Positions 28,270-38,336 of a stretch of 64,000 nucleotides of DNA are shown here, piece after piece. The number at the start of each line of letters is the position of its first letter. Position 1 is the stretch's first letter. The translations under genes and the position numbers were made by a program. The notes below the pieces were generated by a model, which did not search any database, had not been told where the DNA came from, and saw only the letters and a program-made list of their open reading frames with translations. Source of the stretch: a virus; IMG/VR virus record IMGVR_UViG_3300035492_000062, positions 32,925 to 96,924 of that record. One strand, given 5' to 3'.

Positions 28270-28592
28270 CTATGGCTCGTAAACCTAAAGTAGTACCAAC
28301 CCCAATAATTGAGCAAACTCCATGTACCGAGTTTGCTGTAGGCTCTCAGGTGCTATGTAATCTGAAGTTGTCTTTTCAGGACATGTTCAATCCATGGACA
28401 GCAAAGGGAACAATCATCTCCATGTTCAATACAGAAGATAAGCAATTTGCCAAGGTTGACTGGAGTAATGGATGTTTGGCTTATTACCGTCTTGATAAAG
28501 ACGAGTTGATAGAGTACTCAGATGCTGTACTCAAACAGAGAAAATTAGATGCTAAATCCCAAAAGAGTAAGAGTGTATCGGAATCTACATAA
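28266..28592 (+). CDS. Hypothetical protein
   Basis: Packed ORF with GAGG RBS. Confidence 0.55.
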   Translation: MTMARKPKVVPTPIIEQTPCTEFAVGSQVLCNLKLSFQDMFNPWTAKGTIISMFNTEDKQFAKVDWSNGCLAYYRLDKDELIEYSDAVLKQRKLDAKSQKSKSVSEST

Positions 28593-28974
28593 CGGAAAAC
28601 TATCTTTACGTGTTGGTAAACTCGTTGTAGGACACTGTGATTATGTGGAGCTAATCAATCCTAAGTTTATTGTACTTGCTGCCGGAAAACTGAGAGCAGT
28701 AGAAACAAAGGTAAGAAATGTTCACGCATTTGTTGAGGGTGAAGTTATTGATATGACTGGTTTTGTCCCTTACAAAGGGAGAACACTCAATTTCACTGAG
28801 CAAAAATACGACATATCTAAGACTAAGGGTTATGGCACAATTTGTTACAAGCCTTTTGAGTTGGAAGGCTTCTATCACCAAGGCAGAGAATACGATCTTT
28901 CTGCGTTTAATGTAGTGACAATCGACACCATATTCGGTATCATGGGCAAATATATTCAATTTGACGAGGAATAA
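28549..28974 (+). CDS. Conserved hypothetical phage protein
   Basis: VRVYRNLH...SLR...RNVHAFVEG. Confidence 0.65.
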   Translation: MLNPKRVRVYRNLHNGKLSLRVGKLVVGHCDYVELINPKFIVLAAGKLRAVETKVRNVHAFVEGEVIDMTGFVPYKGRTLNFTEQKYDISKTKGYGTICYKPFELEGFYHQGREYDLSAFNVVTIDTIFGIMGKYIQFDEE

Positions 28975-28978
28975 AATA

Positions 28979-29848
28979 ATGCAATTGATTCTTACAGTAG
29001 GTGCACCACGTTCAGGTAAAGATACTTGGGCTGACAATTTTATCAAATCTCAACCAGTACCATCTCAATGGATTAAGGTTAACCGAGATGAGCTGCGGCG
29101 AGAATTATATGGGTTCTCAAAGTGGTCTGAGTACAAGTTCTCCAAAGAGAAAGAAAAGACTATTTCTGAGTGTCAATTTGCTCAAATGGAAGCAGCTGCT
29201 GAAGATGGTCTAAACATTATTTGTTCTGATACCAACATCAATCCGACCACTCGTGCTAAGTTTGAACAATGGGCGAAAGAAAATGGCTATGAAATTTCAT
29301 ATCAGTACTTTGATGTACCTCTACACATCTTAGAACAACGCAATGCAGACGCGCCATACGGTGTCTCTCCGCAGGTTTTGGTTGATATGTGGATGCGATA
29401 TAATGACCAGTTTGGTGAGAAGTATGTGCTAAATCCAGAAAATCCACCAGCTATTATTGTGGATGTAGATGGAACATTGGCAGACCATACAGGCATTCGT
29501 AAGCCATTTGAGTGGCATAAAGTTGGTTTAGATAAGCCTAGAATGAATGTGGTCAATTTCACCAAGATCATGTCAGAGCATCTACATGTGATCATTCTAT
29601 CTGGTCGGGATGGGTGTTGCCGCCAAGAGACTGCTGATTGGTTGATGGAGCAAGGTATTTTCTATGATGAGTTGTTGATGCGTACTGCTGGCGATAGTAG
29701 ATCAGACTACATCATCAAAAAAGAACTGTTTGATCAGGTTAAAGACAAGTACAATATCCAGTATGCAGTTGATGATAGAGATCAGGTTGTAAACTTATGG
29801 CGGTCTATTGGGTTAGAGTGTTTTCAAGTGAACTATGGGAAGTTCTAA
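28979..29848 (+). CDS. pseT: Polynucleotide 5'-kinase/3'-phosphatase (T4 PseT-like)
   Basis: P-loop GAPRSGKDT, VNRDELR; HAD motif DVDGTL, LSGRD, DDRDQV. Confidence 0.92.
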   Translation: MQLILTVGAPRSGKDTWADNFIKSQPVPSQWIKVNRDELRRELYGFSKWSEYKFSKEKEKTISECQFAQMEAAAEDGLNIICSDTNINPTTRAKFEQWAKENGYEISYQYFDVPLHILEQRNADAPYGVSPQVLVDMWMRYNDQFGEKYVLNPENPPAIIVDVDGTLADHTGIRKPFEWHKVGLDKPRMNVVNFTKIMSEHLHVIILSGRDGCCRQETADWLMEQGIFYDELLMRTAGDSRSDYIIKKELFDQVKDKYNIQYAVDDRDQVVNLWRSIGLECFQVNYGKF

Positions 29849-30161
29849 GGAGAATGTTATGAGAATCAAACTTCGAGAAATTGGTGATTTTGCATCATTA
29901 AGTGTTGGTAGTATCATCTATGATGCTGAGTGTGAAGAAGATTTATGTCTGACGTCTTTACCAAAACTGAGATGCACTAACGGCAAGATTGATTATGTTC
30001 AACTTTCTCTGGCAGATAGTGCTGGTGTATTTTATACCTACAGCATTACTCCATACGATTGTAATGAGTTTTATTTGGTAGTACCAGACAGTGTGACGTG
30101 TGGTAAGACCAGAATGATATCAGACACATTGACTTATTTTGCTGGAGACTATGCAGTATAA
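29835..30161 (+). CDS. Hypothetical protein
   Basis: Last gene of the + strand array. Confidence 0.55.
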   Translation: MGSSKENVMRIKLREIGDFASLSVGSIIYDAECEEDLCLTSLPKLRCTNGKIDYVQLSLADSAGVFYTYSITPYDCNEFYLVVPDSVTCGKTRMISDTLTYFAGDYAV

Positions 30162-30162
30162 A

Positions 30163-30187
30163 GAAAAGGAGCATTAAGCTCCTTTTC
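30163..30187. terminator. Bidirectional terminator at a convergent junction
   Basis: GAAAAGGAGC-attaa-GCTCCTTTTC, overlapping the last codons of the 2H gene. Confidence 0.75.
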
Positions 30188-30689
30188 TCTTTTTCCAATC
30201 CAAATCTAACTCTTGGTGATACTCCCCGATGAATCTCAGATACGCAGGCAGCACCCCTTTAGTTAAATTTATTTTCTCTGGATTTGGTACATCATACGCC
30301 AATGTAACATGAGGTTTATATGGATTATATGTGTGTCTCAGTCCGTAGAATGTCCCAATTTCTAAGTGTCTAGCCTTCAACTCAGGACAATCAAAAGCCA
30401 ATACAAGTGTTTTCTTATCTTCTCCAAACCAGTCCAACTTAGCACTTGTACCAATCTCACTCTTGATTGATTTCATTTCTGGAACGAATGGAAATCTTGG
30501 CTGATCAAAGCTGTACATCATTGTGATATGGAGATCTTCTTCTTTCACAGAATTCTGTCCCAGTCCCAATTCTTTTTGTAAAATCATGATCAATTGTCTT
30601 GAGACAGAATCTAACTTTCTTCCAACATACGTACCAGCACTACCACTAACAGAAATAGATAGACTCTCGTAAATTTCATCAAAACGCAT
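30174..30689 (-). CDS. 2H phosphoesterase, T4 gp57B/Acb1 (anti-CBASS)-like
   Basis: Two HxT motifs (LHITMMYS, PHVTLAY), LVLAFDCPELKARH; shared N-terminal leader MRFDEIYESL. Confidence 0.8.
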   Translation of the reverse strand: MRFDEIYESLSISVSGSAGTYVGRKLDSVSRQLIMILQKELGLGQNSVKEEDLHITMMYSFDQPRFPFVPEMKSIKSEIGTSAKLDWFGEDKKTLVLAFDCPELKARHLEIGTFYGLRHTYNPYKPHVTLAYDVPNPEKINLTKGVLPAYLRFIGEYHQELDLDWKKRKGA

Positions 30690-31243
30690 TAGGTTCCCTT
30701 AGTCAGTGTGATGTACTGATCGAATACTTTTATATTTATGTTGTCAAATTCTACAGTTACAGAAATATCTGCCAAGTCATCATCACCAGTGGTTGGTTCT
30801 GAGTGCGTGATGTTTGTTATGAAACAGTCTTGTAGATCATAAGACTCTGTAACTTTATCCATGGCATCTAAGAAGTCTACCTTGATACCAAACTTATACT
30901 GCATCCCCTTCTCAATCTTACCAAAGACATCAACATGCTTGCTCTGCTGTCTCATGATCTGAGCATAGAGGAACATAGAAACTATACTCTGCTCATCATC
31001 TTTGAATGTGATATTGATTGGTTGCAGCTCTACTTTACCAAAGTCGTTATAGGTGTTTCTTCTGTGTGAAATTTTAATCACATCAAAGGAGATATCTGGT
31101 CTGGTGATAATAGATACTTGTCTACCAAGAACATTAGAAATATTTTCTGGTAGATTATAGAATGTTACATAGAACCTGTCTATTCGCTTAGATTTTGTAC
31201 CTAAATTTTGAAAGTTAATATTCTGCATGATTATGTAATCCAT
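30689..31243 (-). CDS. Tail tube-like protein (gp19-like)
   Basis: RFYVTF...RPDISF...GKVELQPINITFKDD...ISVTVEFDN. Confidence 0.65.
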   Translation of the reverse strand: MDYIIMQNINFQNLGTKSKRIDRFYVTFYNLPENISNVLGRQVSIITRPDISFDVIKISHRRNTYNDFGKVELQPINITFKDDEQSIVSMFLYAQIMRQQSKHVDVFGKIEKGMQYKFGIKVDFLDAMDKVTESYDLQDCFITNITHSEPTTGDDDLADISVTVEFDNINIKVFDQYITLTKGT

Positions 31244-31908
31244 TTCTCAGAAATAAGCTGTTCTGGAGTTGGTATAGCCTCCTCAGTCTTATTGAAAATT
31301 CTCATTCTGATGTCTTGAATGAATTTATCATTCTCACCTACTGGATAGCGTAAAGTCACGGGAACATCAAAACTCAATGTCATTAGCACAACTTGTTTAT
31401 TTTGACCCATTGGATACTGGATCTCTGGTTGAATGCCAGCCAGTGTAATCTCAGTGATATAATCACCATTCAGAATGCTAGAGTCTATTTGCAACGCTAC
31501 TCTTGGATGAAATATTAGCAAAATCTGCTCAAGTATCTCCATCAATTGAGTTTGAGAGTCTGCATAAATCGACAGTTCCATTTGCATCTGAAATGGGATA
31601 CCAACCAGACGAGAGTAAAATTTATCATCTATTACCAGTTCATCTACATGAGTGTTTGGTAATTTACGTGTTGGATCTGGAGTCAGTGCAGTCATGTTGA
31701 CCGCCATAATGGGTACACGTTCATTGGTAAAGGATTCATTCTTCTTCAATAAAGCAGCAACCACACGATCCATGTTGCCGTAAACAACTGGTACTGTTTT
31801 CAATGTCGTCTCTGTATTGTCTTTTGGTACTTGAAATCCTTTAAACACTCTGATAAACTGACCTATGTACCGTTCAATTTGTTTGGACTTTCTATAAGGA
31901 TAAAGCAT
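31231..31908 (-). CDS. Tail sheath stabiliser/completion protein (gp15-like)
   Basis: IERYIGQFIRVF...VPVVYG...VPFQMQMELSIY...EILEQILLIFHP. Confidence 0.7.
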   Translation of the reverse strand: MLYPYRKSKQIERYIGQFIRVFKGFQVPKDNTETTLKTVPVVYGNMDRVVAALLKKNESFTNERVPIMAVNMTALTPDPTRKLPNTHVDELVIDDKFYSRLVGIPFQMQMELSIYADSQTQLMEILEQILLIFHPRVALQIDSSILNGDYITEITLAGIQPEIQYPMGQNKQVVLMTLSFDVPVTLRYPVGENDKFIQDIRMRIFNKTEEAIPTPEQLISEKWIT

Positions 31909-32683
31909 TCATTGCTCCTAATAACGTACTCAAGAAGCTACCAGCTCTTAGTTTCTTCCTGTTTCTAAATCGTCTCTTGGCTATTCTGTTTCTTGATGTA
32001 GACATCTTGGCCACACTTCTATCTACATTGTTAATGACTCTTCGTCTTTCGTCTTTTCTATTCTTCTGGATGGGTACAATATCAATCACACCAGGTTCTA
32101 TAAAAAATATAGACACTGGATGTTTCTTTCTACCACCAGTCAATATACCTGTTCCATGTGGATCTGAGATCCCATAGTACCCAAGAAAGAGGAACAGTTC
32201 TCGCCAAACAACTCCAGAGTTTGCCCTATTCTGGGTCATTGCGATTTCTCGTGTCATATCCCAAAGTTTTTGAAATGGGCTACGTAAGATAGATTTTGAT
32301 AACGAGGTTTGAACAATCTCTGCAATTACTTCTTCATCCAGACCTTGATAGTTAACCAGTTTGAGAATGTCAGATTTCAGATCAGTTGTGTTATACGTTT
32401 TAATGTTCTGAATGAAATTTGCTCTGGTGTTAAATCTGAATACATGAGCATAGAATGCAGCATCCTTTACCTTTCTACCAACAACATCAAACACACTATG
32501 ACCTGTCACGCCAGATGGGACTCTGACGGTTGGACGTTCATTTGTTTTTAATCTATCATCATTTGAGAAACTAACAAACATATCCAGACGACCATAATAT
32601 AGTCGCCTAAGCTCATTCACGTCCATCACTGAAGAAGTACCAAAGCCTTCTTCTAACATTTCGTTCATTTTCTCTTCAAACAT
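31892..32683 (-). CDS. Hypothetical protein, probably virion-related
   Basis: In the structural cluster; GATAAATA late-like motif upstream. Confidence 0.6.
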   Translation of the reverse strand: MFEEKMNEMLEEGFGTSSVMDVNELRRLYYGRLDMFVSFSNDDRLKTNERPTVRVPSGVTGHSVFDVVGRKVKDAAFYAHVFRFNTRANFIQNIKTYNTTDLKSDILKLVNYQGLDEEVIAEIVQTSLSKSILRSPFQKLWDMTREIAMTQNRANSGVVWRELFLFLGYYGISDPHGTGILTGGRKKHPVSIFFIEPGVIDIVPIQKNRKDERRRVINNVDRSVAKMSTSRNRIAKRRFRNRKKLRAGSFLSTLLGAMNALSL

Positions 32684-32741
32684 AACATTCCTCTACAGCT
32701 TATTTATCGTGTAAATATACAGTAATATAGGTGAGGTAACA

Positions 32742-33431
32742 ATGCTTCCAATAAGAAGAATCGGAAAAATTGGTGTGTATGGCACCAAGACCAGATTACT
32801 ACAAAGACGGCTATCATACGAGGTGTATGGATTGACGTTTAAAACCGCAGTAGTGTGGAGATATCTAGGGTCAAAAGCATCCCTATCCCCAGAATTAACA
32901 GATGTTCAGACTAAGGTGTTCTGGGAAGTTCCAGATCGTGCATATCATGAAGAAGCAGTTCAGATTCCCATCGGTATGGAACTTCTACCGGAGGTTAAGG
33001 CAGATTTCAGTAGATTTGGTTACATAGACCCGTTGCAGAATGAAAACTTGTTCAGAGTGCATATAGACGACTTTGAGCCATTGGGTAGGTACATGGTTGT
33101 TGGTGATGTATTCGAGATGCCTTTCTTTGAGAAGAATGATCAGAAGGTGTACTGGGAAGTAACTGATGTGGACATCAAGTCAGAATACGAGAAGTTTATC
33201 GCAATCGTCCATGCTTCTCCACTCGGTGACTCTCGTAAGACAAACTCAATTTCTGTTGATCAGTCTAATGACTCATTGTTGACTGACTTAATGAATGAAG
33301 CGGACGAAGAGTATCAAGATCAAGTTCCTGTACAAGATTTAGTACTTGATACTGATATTGAGCCAGTTGATTTTGACCAGAGAAGTGATTTAGTGTCAGG
33401 GTTCTTAGATGACCCAGACAAGATTTTATAA
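32742..33431 (+). CDS. Neck/head-completion protein (gp14-like)
   Basis: DFSRFG...FRVH...VVGDVFEMP...YWEVTDV; TGTAAATA upstream. Confidence 0.6.
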   Translation: MLPIRRIGKIGVYGTKTRLLQRRLSYEVYGLTFKTAVVWRYLGSKASLSPELTDVQTKVFWEVPDRAYHEEAVQIPIGMELLPEVKADFSRFGYIDPLQNENLFRVHIDDFEPLGRYMVVGDVFEMPFFEKNDQKVYWEVTDVDIKSEYEKFIAIVHASPLGDSRKTNSISVDQSNDSLLTDLMNEADEEYQDQVPVQDLVLDTDIEPVDFDQRSDLVSGFLDDPDKIL

Positions 33432-33441
33432 GGAATAAAGA

Positions 33442-34209
33442 ATGTACCAGATGTATGATACTTTTGAAGAATTTAAAGAAGATTTATTGCTTGCCTTGGG
33501 TGGTAACTTGGTTGATGTTGAGCTAGAAGACAAAGACTATGCCTATGCGTTCAGACGGGCTATTGCTAAGTTTGTTCAACATGGTAATAACAGCTACAGA
33601 AAAGCATTTCTCCCCATTGAAGTGGATAAGAACACAATCTTATATCCACTACCGGAAGCTACTGTAGATAATGGTCGTATTGATACCATTGTAAAAATTA
33701 TCAAAGCTAGTGGTGGTTGGAACATTGATGATCCTTTCTCCATCGTTGCCTACAATGATATGTTTAACGGCGTAGGAACGTCTACAGGGGGTTGCAGAGG
33801 TTGCTCGACTAACTTCCTTCAGTATGAGCTTACAATGCAGCAGATTGAGAATGCGAAGCGATATATGGTGTATGATACTCAGTTCATTCATGACAAGTTT
33901 AAAAACACCATCATGTTTCTAAAAAAACCTGACTTGAAGACAGTATGGCTACTTGAGTGTTACTTGAATCTTACTGAAAAAGAATACATGAATATTGATT
34001 GGGTATTCAGATGGACGTTGGCTGAGCTGAAACATACTTTAGGCATTGCGTATCGTAAGTTCCAGAGTTTACCTTCGCCAACTGGTGAGACTACGTTGAG
34101 TGGTTCTGAGTATATTCAGGAAGCCAAGGAAGACAAAGAACGACTGATGGAGGATATTCAAAATGGCGTAGATGGAGAAGCATCATACGTTGAGATCCGG
34201 TTTGGATAA
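33442..34209 (+). CDS. Neck protein (gp13-like)
   Basis: LALGGNLVDVELED...WVFRWTLAELKHTLG...TLSGSEYIQEA. Confidence 0.75.
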   Translation: MYQMYDTFEEFKEDLLLALGGNLVDVELEDKDYAYAFRRAIAKFVQHGNNSYRKAFLPIEVDKNTILYPLPEATVDNGRIDTIVKIIKASGGWNIDDPFSIVAYNDMFNGVGTSTGGCRGCSTNFLQYELTMQQIENAKRYMVYDTQFIHDKFKNTIMFLKKPDLKTVWLLECYLNLTEKEYMNIDWVFRWTLAELKHTLGIAYRKFQSLPSPTGETTLSGSEYIQEAKEDKERLMEDIQNGVDGEASYVEIRFG

Positions 34210-34213
34210 AAAG

Positions 34214-34238
34214 AAAGGGAGCTAGATGCTCCCTTTTT
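34214..34238. terminator. Bidirectional terminator
   Basis: AAAGGGAGC-tagat-GCTCCCTTT between convergent genes. Confidence 0.75.
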
Positions 34239-34240
34239 CA

Positions 34241-35242
34241 TTACTTGTTACGATTCTTTGCTAATCGTTCGCGCAGTGCTTGTGCACGAGACTTAGCAGA
34301 ATTTTCTGGCTCTGGCTCAGATTCTGTTTCTTCCGGTTCAGAAGTTTCTTTCTCTTCTTCCTCTGGAGCTTCGTCAGTAGCAGCTCGGCGTTCTTTTAAA
34401 CGTTCGGCAGCAGATTTCAGTTTCTTGGGTTCTCCACTACCAGCAGCGTCATCGTCATCTCGACTAGATGAAGAACCAGACTTACGCTGTTTCTGCTTCT
34501 CATCTTTCTTGATGGCTTCCTCCAACCACTCTTCTGCATCTTCCAACGACACAGAATCAGGTACTAAATCTAAATTCTCGTAGTTATAAGGCTCAACCAC
34601 TGAATCTTCAAAAGCAGCCAATTCATCATCAGATACTTGTGACCGGTAGTCAAAGTAAGAAGACGAGTAGTCTGGAGTGTCTTTTGTACCTTTCTTGATT
34701 GATTTCTTAACCCACAGCGGTGTGGTTAAGATAGAGTCTTCATCAATCTGACCTTCAGCCAGAGCATTTTTGATTAATGCTTCAATGGCATATGGTACAT
34801 ACATCAGTTTCACTTCATTACCATCATCAGCAATAGGCACTTCAAACGGAGCTTCCAGAACAATCACAGACATGATTGTGGTGTCTTTCGGGAACCAACG
34901 TTTTGCTTCTTCTTTCAGAGCTGGATCATTGCGGTCTTTTGATTCCTGTAACAGATCAAAGCCACGCTGACAGATTGGGCACTCTTCATGGTCGTTGTTG
35001 CGGCGACAGCTAATCGCAGACAGACCAGAGATCTTCATGTTTGGACCATGAGATGAATAACGATGCCATAAGTTACCATTCTCATCTGGTACGATCAGAA
35101 CTTTCACTTTCTCACCAAACTTCATGTCGTAGTATGGTAAGATGCGAGCATCTTTCTTACGACCACCACTGCGCGATTCTTCTTCTTTTTCCAGTTTTTG
35201 TTTCAGGTCTTGACGGATTTTAAATTTGTTCAATACAGACAT
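34241..35242 (-). CDS. Single-stranded DNA-binding protein (gp32-like)
   Basis: C...CPIC zinc site, PDYSSSYF, long acidic/charged tail. Confidence 0.7.
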   Translation of the reverse strand: MSVLNKFKIRQDLKQKLEKEEESRSGGRKKDARILPYYDMKFGEKVKVLIVPDENGNLWHRYSSHGPNMKISGLSAISCRRNNDHEECPICQRGFDLLQESKDRNDPALKEEAKRWFPKDTTIMSVIVLEAPFEVPIADDGNEVKLMYVPYAIEALIKNALAEGQIDEDSILTTPLWVKKSIKKGTKDTPDYSSSYFDYRSQVSDDELAAFEDSVVEPYNYENLDLVPDSVSLEDAEEWLEEAIKKDEKQKQRKSGSSSSRDDDDAAGSGEPKKLKSAAERLKERRAATDEAPEEEEKETSEPEETESEPEPENSAKSRAQALRERLAKNRNK

Positions 35243-35271
35243 AGTGTTTTCCTTTTTCAACAGTTATTACA

Positions 35272-36027
35272 TTAATGGACAGGTGCTACGATAACAGATA
35301 GTGGTTGTGCTGTCAATACAGCAGTACCAATATTTGTGATGAAGAATGAAACTTTCTTATCAACATCACACTCAGAAGACCGCTTAAGTGCTAACTTAAA
35401 GGATTCTAAATCCCACTGGGTAGTGGGAATATCACTCTCAGAAACATCGGATGGGAATGTTTCAACAAACGAATCACTTTCACCATCTGATACAGTAACA
35501 ATCAACTCACCATTGCCTGATTTAATGGAGATGCGGCGATTCTCGCGCTTACCAGTAAATGAGATGGAGTTGAATACTTCAGTCAGATAATCGATAAAAT
35601 CTTTACTAAATTCAATCACATCGCCATAAATCTCATACTCAGGCATCACTTTTGGAGCTAAGATGATGTTTGGATGTGACATGGTATAGGTTGCTTTACG
35701 CTTGCCTTCTTTGATCTCAATGGAAGAAACAAAGGTACTGCCATTTGATACGGTAACGGATGCTTTGTCTTCGTTAAAAAGAGCAAGACGACTCTGTAAG
35801 CCCTTGGTTGATGAGATTGCCATGGCTTTCTCTGACAGCTTACCTTCAACTTGGTCAAAGATCAAGATTGAGTGGTCTTTATTACCAGCTCGAACTTGTG
35901 TATGATCTTTTCCATCCAAAGTCACAGGCTCAATGATGGCCTCAGAGATGCCAAGTGTGGTTAATTGTTCAAGAATGTCTTTCAACATTCGCAGATCAAT
36001 ATTTGATTGTACGACTGGTTTAGTCAT
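35272..36027 (-). CDS. Sliding clamp (gp45-like)
   Basis: About 250 aa beta-rich; position among replisome genes. Confidence 0.55.
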   Translation of the reverse strand: MTKPVVQSNIDLRMLKDILEQLTTLGISEAIIEPVTLDGKDHTQVRAGNKDHSILIFDQVEGKLSEKAMAISSTKGLQSRLALFNEDKASVTVSNGSTFVSSIEIKEGKRKATYTMSHPNIILAPKVMPEYEIYGDVIEFSKDFIDYLTEVFNSISFTGKRENRRISIKSGNGELIVTVSDGESDSFVETFPSDVSESDIPTTQWDLESFKLALKRSSECDVDKKVSFFITNIGTAVLTAQPLSVIVAPVH

Positions 36028-36172
36028 GTTCTACTTCTTCCTCTCTTTTGTGTTTATCTTTGCGCTTGTACACTTTACCAGACTCTTCAACTTTTGGTTT
36101 GTTGAACTGGTAGAGATGTTTATGCACCAGATTCTTCGGTTTCTTTTTCTTCTTTAGTGCTTTGTTCACCAT
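36020..36172 (-). CDS. Hidden 50-aa basic peptide, ArfA-like (not in the ORF track)
   Basis: MVNKALKKKKKPKNLVHKHLYQFNKPKVEESGKVYKRKDKHKREEEVEHD*; overlaps both neighbours. Confidence 0.55.
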   Translation of the reverse strand: MVNKALKKKKKPKNLVHKHLYQFNKPKVEESGKVYKRKDKHKREEEVEHD

Positions 36173-36356
36173 CGAGATACACCCTCTTATAAGTCTCTAA
36201 CATTACTTCTGCGATTGGAAGATACTTGGTGTCTCCAACAACATCAGCATAGGTTTCATCCCATACTGTATAGATCCCAGTAGTTTTGTCAAGTGTTATC
36301 TCGCCATTCTTGGTGATGAATACAATATCATCACCATTTTGGTTGTCTAGGAACAT
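36120..36356 (-). CDS. Hypothetical protein
   Basis: Packed ORF. Confidence 0.55.
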   Translation of the reverse strand: MFLDNQNGDDIVFITKNGEITLDKTTGIYTVWDETYADVVGDTKYLPIAEVMLETYKRVYLDGEQSTKEEKETEESGA

Positions 36357-36898
36357 TATGCTGCCTCGTCTACTGCATTTTCAATACTGACGTGGGTGAT
36401 GTTATGCTTTTTCATAAGATCCATAAAGATATCAAAAGCGGCAGCAGAACTCCATACAGCAGGAACACCCTCGTGTGTGCCTTCTTTCATACCAGTCAGA
36501 ACACAACCATCAGAATTACGTGGATAGTTACCTATATGGAACATAATGAATGTCCGGTTTGGTACATTACAGATTTCATATCCTTCCTTGTACTTCCCCT
36601 TTGATGTACGCTCTACTACTGGAGACTGCCGAAGTTTAACCTCATATAAACCAACAGGAACACATGATTGACCTCGTGCATTATCTAGCCAAGGTAGTTC
36701 TAATGATTTTAATACAGTACCACATGGGAAAATAATGTCTCCAACGGTTGCTGCACTATGATGATTGTAACGGATGATTCTAAGAAGACTCATGATGGTT
36801 TCTTCCTCTGGTTCTTCTAATAACTCACCATGAATGGTGGTTTGATTTTCTGATGTTTGCCCAAAAAGAGACAAGATGTATCGAAAAAGTTCTTTCAT
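36356..36898 (-). CDS. DUF5675-like putative peptidoglycan hydrolase/L,D-peptidase
   Basis: SLELPW.DN...SCVPVGLYEV...RTFIMFHIGN...SDGCVLTG. Confidence 0.7.
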   Translation of the reverse strand: MKELFRYILSLFGQTSENQTTIHGELLEEPEEETIMSLLRIIRYNHHSAATVGDIIFPCGTVLKSLELPWLDNARGQSCVPVGLYEVKLRQSPVVERTSKGKYKEGYEICNVPNRTFIMFHIGNYPRNSDGCVLTGMKEGTHEGVPAVWSSAAAFDIFMDLMKKHNITHVSIENAVDEAA

Positions 36899-36907
36899 GT
36901 AATTTCC

Positions 36908-37831
36908 TTATGCAACCATTGGTGGTCTTGGTGTTTTAAATGGAGTTTTATCTACCTCATGACCAGAGATGATAATGTCTTTCCACTCTAATGATAACAG
37001 ATCGTCCAAAGATTGCAAGTCTTTATTGATGGATATGTTAGCTTTTACATTCAAAGCACTTCGATCTAAAATCTCATCAACATACTCAAACTGATTATCA
37101 TAAATGTGTGCGTTTGTAATATCAGCAGACAATGCACCAAGCGCAAAACCAAGCATCTTGCATAACATCATCTGAAATAGACGGTATTGTTGAATGGCAA
37201 ACAACATACCAAATGTAACATCGAGACTTCGATTAATGAGTTTTACGTGTAGAGTTAAGTTGCCCTGATCATTTGGTAGAACTACATACTGACTTGTATG
37301 CCAACATGGAGTTAGTGGCATGAGATGTTCTTGTACTGGATTCCATAAGGTAACAATATGGCGTCTACCAGTCGGGTCTGCTCTCAAACCACCAATCAGT
37401 CTACGCAATTGATCGATACCAGATGAATCCAGTTTATCATAGTCACTTCTTACATCCCAGTTACCACCAGCATTTCGCCACTGCATTGAGTACGCATGAC
37501 CTAGATTTCCTTCTGGGAGGTGTGATAAACCACGTCTATCTAAAAACTCACGAGTAGTGTTACCACGCCAGAAATTACATCCTTTCTCTTCCAGTTTCTT
37601 AGTTTCAGTCTCACCACGCAAGAAAAACATAAACTCTTCAAATGCCAGACGCATTGGTAAGGGACGATGTGTTACAACGAAATGTTCTCCCTCTGGGATA
37701 ATGAATTTTGCATCAAAGATAGTTTTGCACACATGACCTGTGCGCTCATTTTTAACATCAACACCAAAAAGTAAAATATCTTGCAGAAGATCTAAGTAAC
37801 CGTCTTCTCCATAATAGACAAAATCTTTCAT
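36908..37831 (-). CDS. thyA: Thymidylate synthase
   Basis: NERTG, LGHAYSMQWR, PTGRRHIVTLWNP, LTPCWH, NRSLD, NAHIYDNQ. Confidence 0.93.
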   Translation of the reverse strand: MKDFVYYGEDGYLDLLQDILLFGVDVKNERTGHVCKTIFDAKFIIPEGEHFVVTHRPLPMRLAFEEFMFFLRGETETKKLEEKGCNFWRGNTTREFLDRRGLSHLPEGNLGHAYSMQWRNAGGNWDVRSDYDKLDSSGIDQLRRLIGGLRADPTGRRHIVTLWNPVQEHLMPLTPCWHTSQYVVLPNDQGNLTLHVKLINRSLDVTFGMLFAIQQYRLFQMMLCKMLGFALGALSADITNAHIYDNQFEYVDEILDRSALNVKANISINKDLQSLDDLLSLEWKDIIISGHEVDKTPFKTPRPPMVA

Positions 37832-38334
37832 TTCTTTGTTCCTTTTAATAATCGACTTTCACCAAAGCTACCCACAACCTCAAGCGGATGATCTTCAAAA
37901 AATCCACTATTCGGCTCGATGCTTTTCATTTCTGTGTCATTGGATGGGAATATACTGAGTTGATGAATATAAATCTCATCAACAAAGCCAGACATCAACC
38001 ACTCATGGTATGTTCTAGCACCACCGAGCACCACAATATTTTTTAATTGAGCTAGTGCATGAAAGTATACTGATGCTACACTTCCACCAACCATCATTAG
38101 ATTAAAGCTAGATGCAAGATTTTTTCCAATATCTTCTTTTACCTGTGGACCACAAGCAGCAATAGATCCACCCTTCTCCATCAAGAAATTTCTAAAAATT
38201 GTTCTATCCAGAGTCCTAACACTTGTATCTACAAGTGGATGGTCTACAATATTTTTGAAAGTATCACCATCCTTGTAGCAGTAGTTAAAGTTCATGTCAG
38301 TACATGCAATCAGTCTAACTTTTGGAAGCCACAT
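37828..38334 (-). CDS. Divergent dihydrofolate reductase
   Basis: LIACTD, VVLGGARTY, VDEIYI; adjacent to TS. Confidence 0.6.
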   Translation of the reverse strand: MWLPKVRLIACTDMNFNYCYKDGDTFKNIVDHPLVDTSVRTLDRTIFRNFLMEKGGSIAACGPQVKEDIGKNLASSFNLMMVGGSVASVYFHALAQLKNIVVLGGARTYHEWLMSGFVDEIYIHQLSIFPSNDTEMKSIEPNSGFFEDHPLEVVGSFGESRLLKGTKK

Positions 38335-38336
38335 AA

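Noticed and set aside
34245-34583. Ser-rich plus-strand ORF
   Set aside because: Antisense shadow of the acidic tail of the SSB
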